Translations under genes and position numbers: made by a program
Shown: piece by piece, positions 25,991 through 34,700 of the stretch
How the letters are laid out: every line of letters starts with the position of its first letter
Position numbering within the stretch: the stretch's first letter is position 1
Assembly (NCBI GenBank): GCA_937879875.1
Contig: CALFMN010000021.1
Coordinates: 65,249-129,248, forward strand
Source: an uncultured Chloroflexota bacterium
GTDB taxonomy: Bacteria > Chloroflexota > Dehalococcoidia > CAUJGQ01
Reading direction: 5' to 3'
DNA length: 64,000 nucleotides
Notes under the pieces: model-generated
Databases searched by the model: none
Told to the model about the DNA's origin: nothing
The model's input: only the letters and a program-made list of their open reading frames with translations

Positions 25991-28807
25991 ATGGCCGAAC
26001 TGCCGACTGGCACGCTCACCTTTCTCTTCACCGACGTGGAGGGCAGCACGCGCCTGTGGGAGCGGCACCCGCAGGCGATGCGCCGGATCATGGCCCGTCA
26101 CGACGCGCTGCTGACCCAATGCTTCGAACAACACAAAGGTGTCGTCGTGCGCCCGCGTGGGGAGGGCGACTCGCTGTTCGCCGTCTTCATGCGGGCGAGC
26201 GATGCCGTCACCGCGGCACTCGAAGGGCAGCGCGTGCTGCTTACAGAGGATTGGGGCGCGATCGGGCCGCTGCGGGTGCGCATGGGCTTGCACACGGGCG
26301 AGGCGGACCTGCGCGCGGGGGACTACTACGGCAGCGCCGTGAATCGCTGCGCCCGCATCCGCGCCGCCGGCCACGGCGGCCAGGTGCTGCTCTCCGAGGC
26401 GACGGCGAAGCTCGTGCGCGAAACGCTGCCGGACGGCGCAACGCTGCTGGACCTCGGCCGGCACCGGCTGCGCGACCTGAGCGAGCCAGAGCAACTGTTC
26501 CAACTCATTGCCGCAGACCTCCCCGGCACGTTTCCACCGCTGAAGACGTTGGAGAGCCGGCCCAACAACCTGCCGCTGCAGCTCACCAGCTTCGTCGGTC
26601 GCGGGCGCGAGCTGGCCGAGCTTGCAAGCCTGCTGAAAACGGCGCGTTTGGTGACGCTCACTGGCCCCGGCGGCACCGGCAAAACGCGGTTGGCGCTGCA
26701 CGTCGCCGCTGGGCTGCTGGACGGCTTCTCCGATGGCGTGTTCTTTGTGGACCTGGCGTCGCTGCAGGATCCGGCGCTCGTGCCCGCGGCGGTCGCCCAG
26801 GCCCTCGGTGTCCAGGGCCTGCCGGAGGTGTCGGCCCGCGAGAGCGTGCTGCGCTTCCTCCGGGACAAACAGGTGCTGCTCGTGCTGGACAACTACGAGC
26901 ACCTGTTGGCAGCGGCTGAATTCGCAGCGGCGCTGCTTCAGGCGGCGCCGGCGGTGCGCCTCCTCGTGACGAGCCGCGCGCCGCTGCGGGTGACCGGCGA
27001 GCGGGAATATGCGGTTGCGCCCTTGCTGGCGCCGCAGGAGCGCGTGCACTCGGCAGCGGAGCTGGCGCAGAATCCGGCAGTGCAACTCTTCGTGCAGCGG
27101 GCACAGGCCGTGCGAGCCGACTTCGCGCTGAGCGATGCAAACGCCTCGACCGTGGCGGCCACCTGCGCACGGCTGGACGGCTTGCCGCTGGCGCTCGAAC
27201 TGGCGGCGGCGCGGATGCGTGCGTTGCCAGTGGCAGCGCTGCTGGCGCGATTGGAGCAGCGCTTGCCGATCTTGACGGGCGGCGCACGGGACGTGCCGGC
27301 GCGCCAGCAGACGTTGCGGGACGCGATCGCCTGGAGCTACGCCCTGCTTGAGCCGGCGGAGCAGCGCTTGTTCCGACGGGTTGGCGTGTTTGCCGGCGGC
27401 TGTACGCTGGCGTTGGCGGAGGCCGTCTGCACCGCCGACGGCGACCTCGGCCTCGACGTGCTGGACGGCGTCGGTTCGCTGGTGGAGAAGAGCCTGCTGC
27501 GCGAAGTCGACGGCCAGGCGGGAGAGCCCCGCTACCGCATGTTGGAGACCATCCGCGAGTTTGCCCTCGGGGAGCTTGAGGCCCATGGCGAAGCGGAGGC
27601 TGTACGGCGGCACCTGGCGGTGCAGGTGTTACAGCTGGTCCGACAGGCCGCCGTGGCGGGTGCCCAGGAGCGCCTGGACGTCGACCTGGATAATGCCCGG
27701 ACCGTGCTGGGGTGGTGCGTCGAACACATGGAGTTGGCGGTGGGGGTGCGATTGTTCTGGGCGTTGCGCTGGTATCTGCACTACCGTGGACTCGGAAAGG
27801 AGCTCAACCTGTGGCGCCAGCGCCTCCTCGCCCTGCCGGACGCCTCGGCGCCGAGCGTTTCTCGGGCGCGGCTGCTTGGAATCACGCTGTTTGACCCGCT
27901 CTCCCTCGCCGAACAGGAGCGCGCGGTGCTTGAGCTCGAGGAAGCCATTGGCCTCAGTCGTGCCCTGGGCGACGCGTCCTGCCTCGCCGATGCGCTCCAA
28001 CACCTTGCGGTGCTGCGGATGAGTCAGGGCCGGTTTGACGCGCTGGTGCCGCCGGCAGAAGAAGCGCTCCCGCTGTATCTCGCAGCGGGAGCGCCACAGG
28101 CCGCTGCCTCTATGCAGCTCTTCCTGGTTCATGCCGCGCTTTCCCGCGGCGATATCGCCACCGCAGAAGCGCTGGTCGCGGCCAATCGGGCGCTCGAGGG
28201 CACGAAACGCTCGTCGCCCGGCCTATCAGCGGAGTCCGCGCTCGCAGAGGCGCACGGCGACCATGGGCGGGCGCGGGTGTTCCTGGAGGAGTCGGCTCGA
28301 GCGGCGGCCGCGTTACAGGGGGAGCAGAGCCCTGACAGACTGGCCCGCCTCGCCATGCTCGTGCAGGTCACCCTGCGCCAAGGGGACACGCGGGGCGCGG
28401 TGGCACGCTGCACCGAGAGTCTCGCCGTGGAACGCCGTGTGGGGCCCTCGCGCTTTCTGGCGGCGGTCTTGACGGTGCTCGCCCAGGCGGCGGAGCGCTG
28501 TGGCCGGCTGCCCGCCAGCGCACGGCTGTTGGCCGCCGTCGACGGGCAACGGCGAACGTTCGCCGTGGAGGTGCCGGGCGTGCAGGAGGCGCAGCAGGCG
28601 GCGGTGGCGCGGGTGCGGGTCGCGCTGGGCGAGGCGGCGTTCGCCGAAGCGTGGGCGGTGGGCGAGGCGCTTGCTCCGGAGGAAGCCATCGAGCTTGGCC
28701 TGGCTGTTGCCGGGGAGCTGGCGGCCGGCCCAGCGGCCCTCATCCTCACCCCCGTCCCCTCTCCTTCTCCCAATCCTGGAGAGAAGGAAAGGGGCGATCC
28801 GGCGTGA
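25991..28807 (+). CDS. Signal-transduction protein: class III adenylate/guanylate cyclase domain + STAND (NB-ARC/AAA) NTPase + TPR-like repeats
   Basis: N-terminus LTFLFTDVEGSTRLWE...GDS.FAVF...R.G.HTGE (CHD cyclase). Walker A GPGGTGKTRLAL. hhhhDN Walker B (LLVLDNYEH). Helical repeat C-terminus. The last about 20 codons are encoded by a family-2 repeat. Confidence 0.85.
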   Translation: MAELPTGTLTFLFTDVEGSTRLWERHPQAMRRIMARHDALLTQCFEQHKGVVVRPRGEGDSLFAVFMRASDAVTAALEGQRVLLTEDWGAIGPLRVRMGLHTGEADLRAGDYYGSAVNRCARIRAAGHGGQVLLSEATAKLVRETLPDGATLLDLGRHRLRDLSEPEQLFQLIAADLPGTFPPLKTLESRPNNLPLQLTSFVGRGRELAELASLLKTARLVTLTGPGGTGKTRLALHVAAGLLDGFSDGVFFVDLASLQDPALVPAAVAQALGVQGLPEVSARESVLRFLRDKQVLLVLDNYEHLLAAAEFAAALLQAAPAVRLLVTSRAPLRVTGEREYAVAPLLAPQERVHSAAELAQNPAVQLFVQRAQAVRADFALSDANASTVAATCARLDGLPLALELAAARMRALPVAALLARLEQRLPILTGGARDVPARQQTLRDAIAWSYALLEPAEQRLFRRVGVFAGGCTLALAEAVCTADGDLGLDVLDGVGSLVEKSLLREVDGQAGEPRYRMLETIREFALGELEAHGEAEAVRRHLAVQVLQLVRQAAVAGAQERLDVDLDNARTVLGWCVEHMELAVGVRLFWALRWYLHYRGLGKELNLWRQRLLALPDASAPSVSRARLLGITLFDPLSLAEQERAVLELEEAIGLSRALGDASCLADALQHLAVLRMSQGRFDALVPPAEEALPLYLAAGAPQAAASMQLFLVHAALSRGDIATAEALVAANRALEGTKRSSPGLSAESALAEAHGDHGRARVFLEESARAAAALQGEQSPDRLARLAMLVQVTLRQGDTRGAVARCTESLAVERRVGPSRFLAAVLTVLAQAAERCGRLPASARLLAAVDGQRRTFAVEVPGVQEAQQAAVARVRVALGEAAFAEAWAVGEALAPEEAIELGLAVAGELAAGPAALILTPVPSPSPNPGEKERGDPA
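28742..28805. repeat. Family-2 repeat, solo hairpin arm (cccgtcccctctccttctcccaatcctggagagaaggaaaggggcgatcc)
   Basis: Overlaps the 3' end of CDS 25991..28807. Confidence 0.6.
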
Positions 28808-28974
28808 AGCGTTCCGGAGGGCGTCGGGCCAGCAATCGCCTGTAGGGGCGCACGGCGTGCGCCCTTCGCGGCCAAAGCCGCGCCCAACGGCGCGCCGGAT
28901 AACCCGGTGCTCTTGTGGATCGCCGCAACGCCAACCATCTCCATCAACCTGCTAACCCGGCGCCCTTTCGGATC

Positions 28975-29040
28975 GCTTCATGCCGGATCGCCCCTTTCCC
29001 TCCAGAATTGGGGGAAAGGGGACGGGGGATGGAGGGCCAG
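28975..29040. repeat. Family-2 repeat, solo arm in opposite orientation (gatcgcccctttccctccagaattgggggaaaggggacgggggatggagggcc)
   Basis: Lies upstream of the 29083 start. With 28742-28805 it brackets about 170 bp. Confidence 0.6.
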
Positions 29041-29082
29041 CCGCGCTATGATGGCGCTGCGTTTCTGCTCAGGAGCTACGCC

Positions 29083-30690
29083 ATGACGACGCTGCACACC
29101 ACCAGCCGCACGCTACCGCGGTTCACGTTGCAGGACGGCGAGGGCCGCGAGCGCCGCTTCCCCAGCGGCCGCCATGCCCTGCTCTGCTTCGTGAAAGAGG
29201 ACTGTCCCACCTGCCGTCTCTCGATGCCGCTGGTCGAGGCGGCGCACCGCGCCTTCGGCGAGGCGCTCGACATCTGGGCGATCGGCCAGGACGAAGCGGG
29301 CAACGCGAAGCTGGTGGACGAGTTCGGCCTCAGCGTCCCCATGCTGGACGACACGGCGCTGAAGGTTTCGTACGCCTACGACCTCGACACCGTGCCCACG
29401 GTGATCCTTGCGGACGGCAGCGGCGCCGAACAGCGGCACTTCGTCGGCTTCGATAAGGCCGACTGGCTGGATCTGGTGCGCGCGCTGGCGCGGCTGGCGG
29501 GCGGCGCGGCGCCGGCGGTCGATTGGGCGTCCTATCCCGAGTCGCGGCCGGGCTGCGGCTCGAAGTCGGTCGAGCCGGGCATCGCCGAGCGGCTGGCGGC
29601 GGAGGCCGAGGGCAGCCCGCTGCGGGCGCGGCGCATCGAGGTCGGCGAGGGCGACGACGTTTTCGAGTTCATGTTCGACCAGGGGCTGACGGACGGCCTG
29701 CCCGTGGTGCCGCCCACACCGGAGCGGGTGCTGCGTATGCTGCACGGCACACGGCGCGATCCGCAGGAGGTTGTAGCCGTGGTGCCGCCGAACATGGCGC
29801 CGGCCACGGTCGAGAAGGTCGCGGCCAACGCGGTGCTGGCCGGCTGCAAGCCCGCGTACCTGCCTGTCGTGATCGCCGCGCTTGAGGCCGTCTGCACCGA
29901 TACATTCAACATCCACGGCGTGAACGCCACGACCTGGGCAGCCAGCCCGGTGATCGTCGTCAACGGCCCGATCCGCGACCGCATCGGCATGAACTACGGG
30001 CTGATGGCGCTGGGCTACGGCAACCGCGCCAACGCCACGATCGGCCGCGCGCTGAAGCTGTGCATCCGCAACCTCGGCGGCGCCAGGCCGGGCGGCGTCG
30101 AACGCTCGGTGCTCGGCTCGCCGGGCAAATACACGATGTGCTTCGCCGAGCACGAGGCGCGCAGCCCCTGGCAGCCGCTGCACGTGGAGCGCGGCTTCCG
30201 CCCGGAACAGAGCGTGGTCACCGTCTTCGGCCTCGAAGTCTCGCCCCGCCACATCGCCGACCAGACCTCGCGCACGGCGCGGCAGCTCGGCGGCAGCCTC
30301 GGCCTGGGCCTTGAGGCGTGCTGGCTGCCGAAGGCGCACGGCCAGGGCGATGTGCTGCTCGTCGTCTGCCCCGAACACGTTGATACGCTCTGGCGCGACC
30401 GCTGGACCAAAGCGCAACTGCGCGAGCGCATTCAGGAGATCACGTCGCGGCCCGTGCGCGAGCTGCTGGCGGACGACGAAAGCGGCGAAGGCATTCCCCG
30501 CTCACGCTTCGGTCCGGGTGGTCCGAGCGAGGAGGAGCTAAACCGGCGCATTCCCAAGTTCCGCTCGCCGGAGAACATCCACATCGTCGTGGCCGGCGGC
30601 GAGGGCGGCAAGTTCTCCTCGGTTTTCGCCGGCTGGGTCAGCGGCCCGACAGGTTCGTCCTCCGTCAGCCGCGTGATCGAAGAGGTGTGA
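29083..30690 (+). CDS. Fusion protein: N-terminal thioredoxin-fold (redoxin/AhpC-TSA-like, CPTC active site) + about 400-aa uncharacterised C-terminal domain
   Basis: AGGAGC RBS 7 nt before ATG 29083. ...ALLCFVKEDCPTCRLSMP...DIWAIGQDE...VPTVILADG typical of a TlpA/ResA-like Trx fold. The C-terminal domain (HGVNATTWAASPVIVVNGP...GNRANATIGRALKLC) was not recognised. Confidence 0.7.
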   Translation: MTTLHTTSRTLPRFTLQDGEGRERRFPSGRHALLCFVKEDCPTCRLSMPLVEAAHRAFGEALDIWAIGQDEAGNAKLVDEFGLSVPMLDDTALKVSYAYDLDTVPTVILADGSGAEQRHFVGFDKADWLDLVRALARLAGGAAPAVDWASYPESRPGCGSKSVEPGIAERLAAEAEGSPLRARRIEVGEGDDVFEFMFDQGLTDGLPVVPPTPERVLRMLHGTRRDPQEVVAVVPPNMAPATVEKVAANAVLAGCKPAYLPVVIAALEAVCTDTFNIHGVNATTWAASPVIVVNGPIRDRIGMNYGLMALGYGNRANATIGRALKLCIRNLGGARPGGVERSVLGSPGKYTMCFAEHEARSPWQPLHVERGFRPEQSVVTVFGLEVSPRHIADQTSRTARQLGGSLGLGLEACWLPKAHGQGDVLLVVCPEHVDTLWRDRWTKAQLRERIQEITSRPVRELLADDESGEGIPRSRFGPGGPSEEELNRRIPKFRSPENIHIVVAGGEGGKFSSVFAGWVSGPTGSSSVSRVIEEV

Positions 30691-30702
30691 GTGCGGCCGG
30701 CG

Positions 30703-30880
30703 CGCTCGGCCCTCTATCCCCCTACCCCTTTCCCCCAATCCTGGAGGGAAAGGGGCGATCCTGGGTTGGAGCGATCCGATACTGGGCAGGGTTAACCGTG
30801 CCGGCCACGGAACGCCCGACCCAAGATCGCCCCTCGCCCAGGATTGGGAGAGGGGAAGGGGGTGAGGGCCGACGCCCGCG
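30703..30880. repeat. Family-2 palindromic repeat, full copy
   Basis: ggccctctatccccctacccctttcccccaatcctggagggaaaggggcgatcc ...core... gatcgcccctcgcccaggattgggagaggggaagggggtgagggcc. Confidence 0.8.
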
Positions 30881-30962
30881 CACGCCCCAGCATTTCGCCG
30901 TACACTAAGGCCGGTCCGCGCATAGTCGTGCGCCGGGCGCCAGCAGCCAGCGGGAGGATAGG

Positions 30963-31481
30963 ATGACGACCCTCATCGACCCCACGGACGAACGTGTGCC
31001 CATTCGCCGGCAGCTCACGCGCCGGCCGGAGGCGATCACCGGCACGGTCGCGTTGCTGGACATCAGCAAGCCGCGCGGCGACGTGCTGATCGCGGAGCTG
31101 GAGGCGCGCCTTGCCGAGCGGCTGCCCGCGGTCACAATCAAGCGCTACAAGAAGCCAACCTTCACCAAGCCGGCGCCCGACGAACTGCGCCGCGAGATCG
31201 CGCAGGAGGCGGACTTCGTCATCGAAGCCCTTGCCGATTGAGGGTCATGCACGACGTGCAGTGTGCACGACACGGTGTGGTTCGAAATCCAGGGCAAGCC
31301 GAGCGTCTTCGTCGCCTCCAACGTCTTCGTCACCGCCGCCGAGGCACAGTCCGCCGCGCTGGGGCTGCCGGACGTGCGGCGCATCTTCGTCCCGCACCCG
31401 ATCCAGGACGCGGCCGACGACGAAATGCGTGCGAAAGCCGACGCGATCGTGGACGAGGTCATCGCCGCGCTGGTGGACTGA
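30963..31481 (+). CDS. UGSC-family selenoprotein (in-frame TGA at 31239-31241 read as selenocysteine)
   Basis: GGAGG RBS before ATG 30963. ORFs 30963..31241 and 31263..31481 are in the same frame. Read-through gives ...FVIEALAD-U-GSC-TTCSVHDTVWFEIQGK..., matching the eponymous U-G-S-C motif. Small palindromes (cgtgca/tgcacg) lie 10-30 nt downstream of the UGA. Confidence 0.75.
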
Positions 31482-31498
31482 AGGCGGGCCGCCGGCCC

Positions 31499-31576
31499 TC
31501 ATCGTCTCCTTCCTCCTTCCTCCAATCCGCCGGAAGGAGACGATCATGCACCGTGCGTTCCGAGCACCCGACGGTT
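31499..31576 (+). promoter_or_regulatory. 13-bp perfect stem-loop sequestering an AAGGAGA-N6-ATG, followed by a 10-codon mini-ORF (MHRAFRAPDG*)
   Basis: Left arm atcgtctccttcc (31501-31513) pairs with right arm ggaaggagacgat (31532-31544). The right arm contains a Shine-Dalgarno sequence and ATG 31546. Lies 17 nt after the selenoprotein stop. Confidence 0.4.
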
Positions 31577-32026
31577 AACCCGGCTCGGTCCGAGTGGTGC
31601 TCCCCACGATCGCTCCGTGCCCGTGGTCTAATATTACCGTGACCGTTTAGTATCACGGGCAGCGCGGCGGCGGATCTGGCCTCGGCGGGCGATCGCCTGG
31701 TGCCGGCGGCGCCAACGCGACCACGCGATCACGGTGCTGGGCGGATGCCCGGCGGCGAAGCGGTTCAGCAGCCGGCGGAGTTCCGCGACACGGAGCGGCA
31801 CGCGGTCGTCGCCTGGGCCCCCTGTTTGCCCGGGCGGTTTCGACGGCCCGGCGCGCCGGCGTCATCTGCCGGTGCCAGCCCCGCCAGGCGCGTCCCTCGG
31901 CCTGATCGAGCCCGACCTGCCCCTGCGCCAGCGTCAAGCAGTCCGCGCTGCGCGTGCGCGGGCCGGCCACGCGCACGATGGCGGTCAGCCCCCTCTCGTC
32001 GGGGGCGTAGACGAGCGAGGAGGTAG

Positions 32027-33090
32027 TCACGGCGCGATTGCGGGATAGAGATGCTGCAAGCGAATGCGGGCAGCGGCGGTGGTGAAGCGCCAGCGGATGG
32101 CGGTGGTGCCGGCGTTGCGCTCGGCCTCCCAGGCGGCGACCTCAGCGGTGAGCGTGTCGGCATCGGCGATGCGCCGGTCCAGGCACTGGCGGCTGAGGAT
32201 GCTGCACTCAATCTCGGCCATGTTCAGCCACGACCCGTGCGGCGGCGTGTGATGCAGCTCCAGCTTATCCAGCAGGCGCGTGGCCTCGGCCGGTGGGAAG
32301 GCCTGGTACAGCGCCGCCCCACTATGCGTGTTCAGGTTGTCCAGCACCAGCACGAGGCGCTCGGCCTCGGGGTAGTGGACCTCGACCAGGTCTTTGATGA
32401 CGTGGGCGCAGTCGACCGCCGTGCGCCGCGCGGTGACCGTCACGTGCCGCCAACCGGCAAGCGGCTCACAGACCACAAAGAGGTTGGCCACGCCGTTGCG
32501 CACGTCCTCATCGTCCTCGCGGGCGGGCTGGCCCGGCTGGACCGGGCGTGGGGGCTGGACCGCGCCCACCAGGTGCTTGCTGGTCTCGTCCAGACAGACC
32601 TGCGGACGCCGGGGATCCTGGGGCCGGTGATAGACATCCAGCACGTCCTCCAGCTGGCAGACCAAGGCGGCACTGCCCTGCGGCGGCAGGCACCAGCGCG
32701 TGTCTGCCAGGGCTTCAGCACGTTGTTTTGCGCGTGCGCCGTACGGTTTCGTACGCGATCGCCTCGACGAGGTTGAGTTCGACCAGGCGCTGGGCGACCA
32801 GGCGCAAGGTCCAGCCCCTCCTCCACGAAGCGGCGGCGCACGCGCTCGACGGTGTCGCTGCTCACACCGGCGGTGGCGGCGATCGCGGCGTCGAAGCGGC
32901 CGGACTGCCCGGGCGGCGCATCGGCCAGCAGCAGGATGCGGGCGTGCTGGAGCGTGCGGGCGGCATGCGTGCCGCTGTGCAGGAACTGCTGCAGATGCTC
33001 CCGCTCAGCAGAGGTGAGGGTGACACGATAGCGTTTCGTTCGCATGCGCCCAGCATGCCAGCGCCTTACCATAACGGGCAAGGCGGCCGT
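32027..33090 (-). mobile_element. IS630-family insertion sequence (copy 1); transposase broken into N-terminal HTH and C-terminal DDE ORFs by frameshifts
   Basis: N-terminus MRTKRYRVTLTSAEREHLQQF...VSSDTVERVRRRFVEEGLD (IS630 HTH). C-terminus ...DETSKHL...LVLVLDNLNTHS...HHTPPHGSWLNMAEIECSIL...LYP (DDE domain, ORF 32027..32665). At least two frame changes in between. Confidence 0.75.
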
Positions 33091-33094
33091 GATG

Positions 33095-34200
33095 GGGTAC
33101 TAAGCAGGTAGCCCTCGTTATGGTACGTTCGCGGCATGCGCCGCACGACGTTGAGCGACGAGGCACGGGCCGCGCTCCAGGCGGCCCGCCACGACTCTGG
33201 CTGGAGTCCGCGGGAGCGCGACCGGGTGGCGATGGTGCTGCTGTCGGCGGCGGGCTGGTCGCCACCGCGCATCGCCGGGCACTTCGGCTGTTCGGTGCAG
33301 CCAGTGCGTACGGCGCTCGACCAGTACGCGGCCAGCGGCCTGGACGGGTTGCGCCACCGGCGGCCCGGCCCGCCGCCCAACGCCGCGCGACGCACGCAGG
33401 TGACGGCAGCGTTGACGGCGCTGCTGGAGCAAGACCGTAGCTGGACGGCGGCGCAGCTGGCAGCCGCGCTCGACGAGCAGGACATCCGGCTCAGCACGCG
33501 CCAGACGCGCACGTAGCTGGGCGGGATCGCCGCCTGGCGGCGCACCGTGCGCACCCTGGCGCACAACCAGGCCCCGGTCAAGGTCGCCCGGGCCGAGCGG
33601 CACCTTGGGGTGCTGCAAAAACAGGGGGCGCCGGCCGGGCCACGCTCTGCGATCGCGACGGTTGTGGCGTCAGCCCCAGCCAGCCGGTGAATTACCGTTG
33701 GACGCTGGTCGGGCAGCGCAAAGCCGTGCCCGACGAGAACCCCTGTGGGCGGCGCCTGCACGTGCTGGCGGCGCTGGTGTGCGACGGTCCCCATCCCAGC
33801 CTGACCTGGGACATGCAGCCACGCACGCTGCGGGCCAGCGACCTGCGCGCCTTCCTGCCCGGCATCCCCCGCCAGCCGGACACGCCGCTGGTCGTGGTGC
33901 TGGACAACGCCGGCAGGCAGCGCCGCAAGGCCGGGCAAGCAGCCGTGCCCGCGCTGTGGCGCCAGGGGCATCTATCTCTACTACCTGCCGCCCTCCAGTC
34001 CGCAGCTCAACGCGCTTGCGCGCGTCTTCGGCGTGATCAAGCCGTACGACCTACCCGAACGACGCTATGCCACCGATACCGCCCTGGAGGAGGCACTCGA
34101 TGCCGCCTTTACCCGCTACGAAACCCGACTCCTCGCGAAAACGACCCCACAACCGGGGCTAGCTGCTTAGGCTGTAAACTGGACGAGGGGCTTTCGGCCC
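33095..34200 (+). mobile_element. IS630-family insertion sequence (copy 2, distinct member), transposase interrupted by in-frame TAG (33514) and TGA (33690) plus frameshift
   Basis: MRRTTLSDEARAALQ...GWSPPRIAGHFGCSVQPVRTALDQYAASGLDGL (HTH). Later ...LVVVLDNAGRQRRK... and, in another frame, ...YLYYLPPSSPQLNALARVFGVIK...TRYE. Head-to-head with copy 1. Confidence 0.7.
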
Positions 34201-34226
34201 CATTATCCGAACCGATCCTCAAAAGA

Positions 34227-34349
34227 TGACTACAGTGCCTGGCGTCTTTGCTGCCGGCGACATCACGCGTTCCGCCCACAATGCGACCTGGGCAAGCGCC
34301 GATGGCGTCACTGCCGGCATGGCCCTGCACCGCTCGCTGGTCTTCTGAT
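34227..34349 (+). pseudogene. C-terminal 40-aa fragment of an FAD-dependent pyridine nucleotide-disulfide oxidoreductase (thioredoxin-reductase-like)
   Basis: MTTVPGVFAAGDITRSAHNATWASADGVTAGMALHRSLVF* is the canonical C-terminal GD-FAD motif. No N-terminal part remains; it is directly flanked by IS630 copy 2. Confidence 0.5.
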
Positions 34350-34700
34350 CAGTACCCCACCCAATTGCGGGATTCCCATCAACCGGTGGAAGGCGCCGGC
34401 CGAGGATTGGCTGCGCGACCTCTACGAGAAGCGCCAGCGCAAGGCGGCGCGGACCTCGCGCGGGCGATCGCCGCCTTCGGCAATAGCGGCGGCACGCCGC
34501 TGCTCGGGACCGGCGACGATGGAGCGGTTCCCGGCCTGTAGTATGCCCAGCCAACTCACATCACGCGCCCTGAGAGCCCTGCACGCGCGCCCGACACGCG
34601 AACGCGCGCTGTTGAAGCCGTCGCACTTGGAGTATTGTGACCTCGAAGCAGCCGCGCGTCGGCGGCGGTGCGATGCCGGTTCACGAGAGAGGTGAGGCAG

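Noticed and set aside
31653-32030. 125-aa minus-strand ORF (MTTSSLVYAPDERGLTAIVRVAGPRTRS...) overlapping the IS630 copy-1 end
   Set aside because: No family resemblance. Extreme Arg/Pro bias in the second half. Probably non-coding DNA between the selenoprotein hairpin and the IS end.
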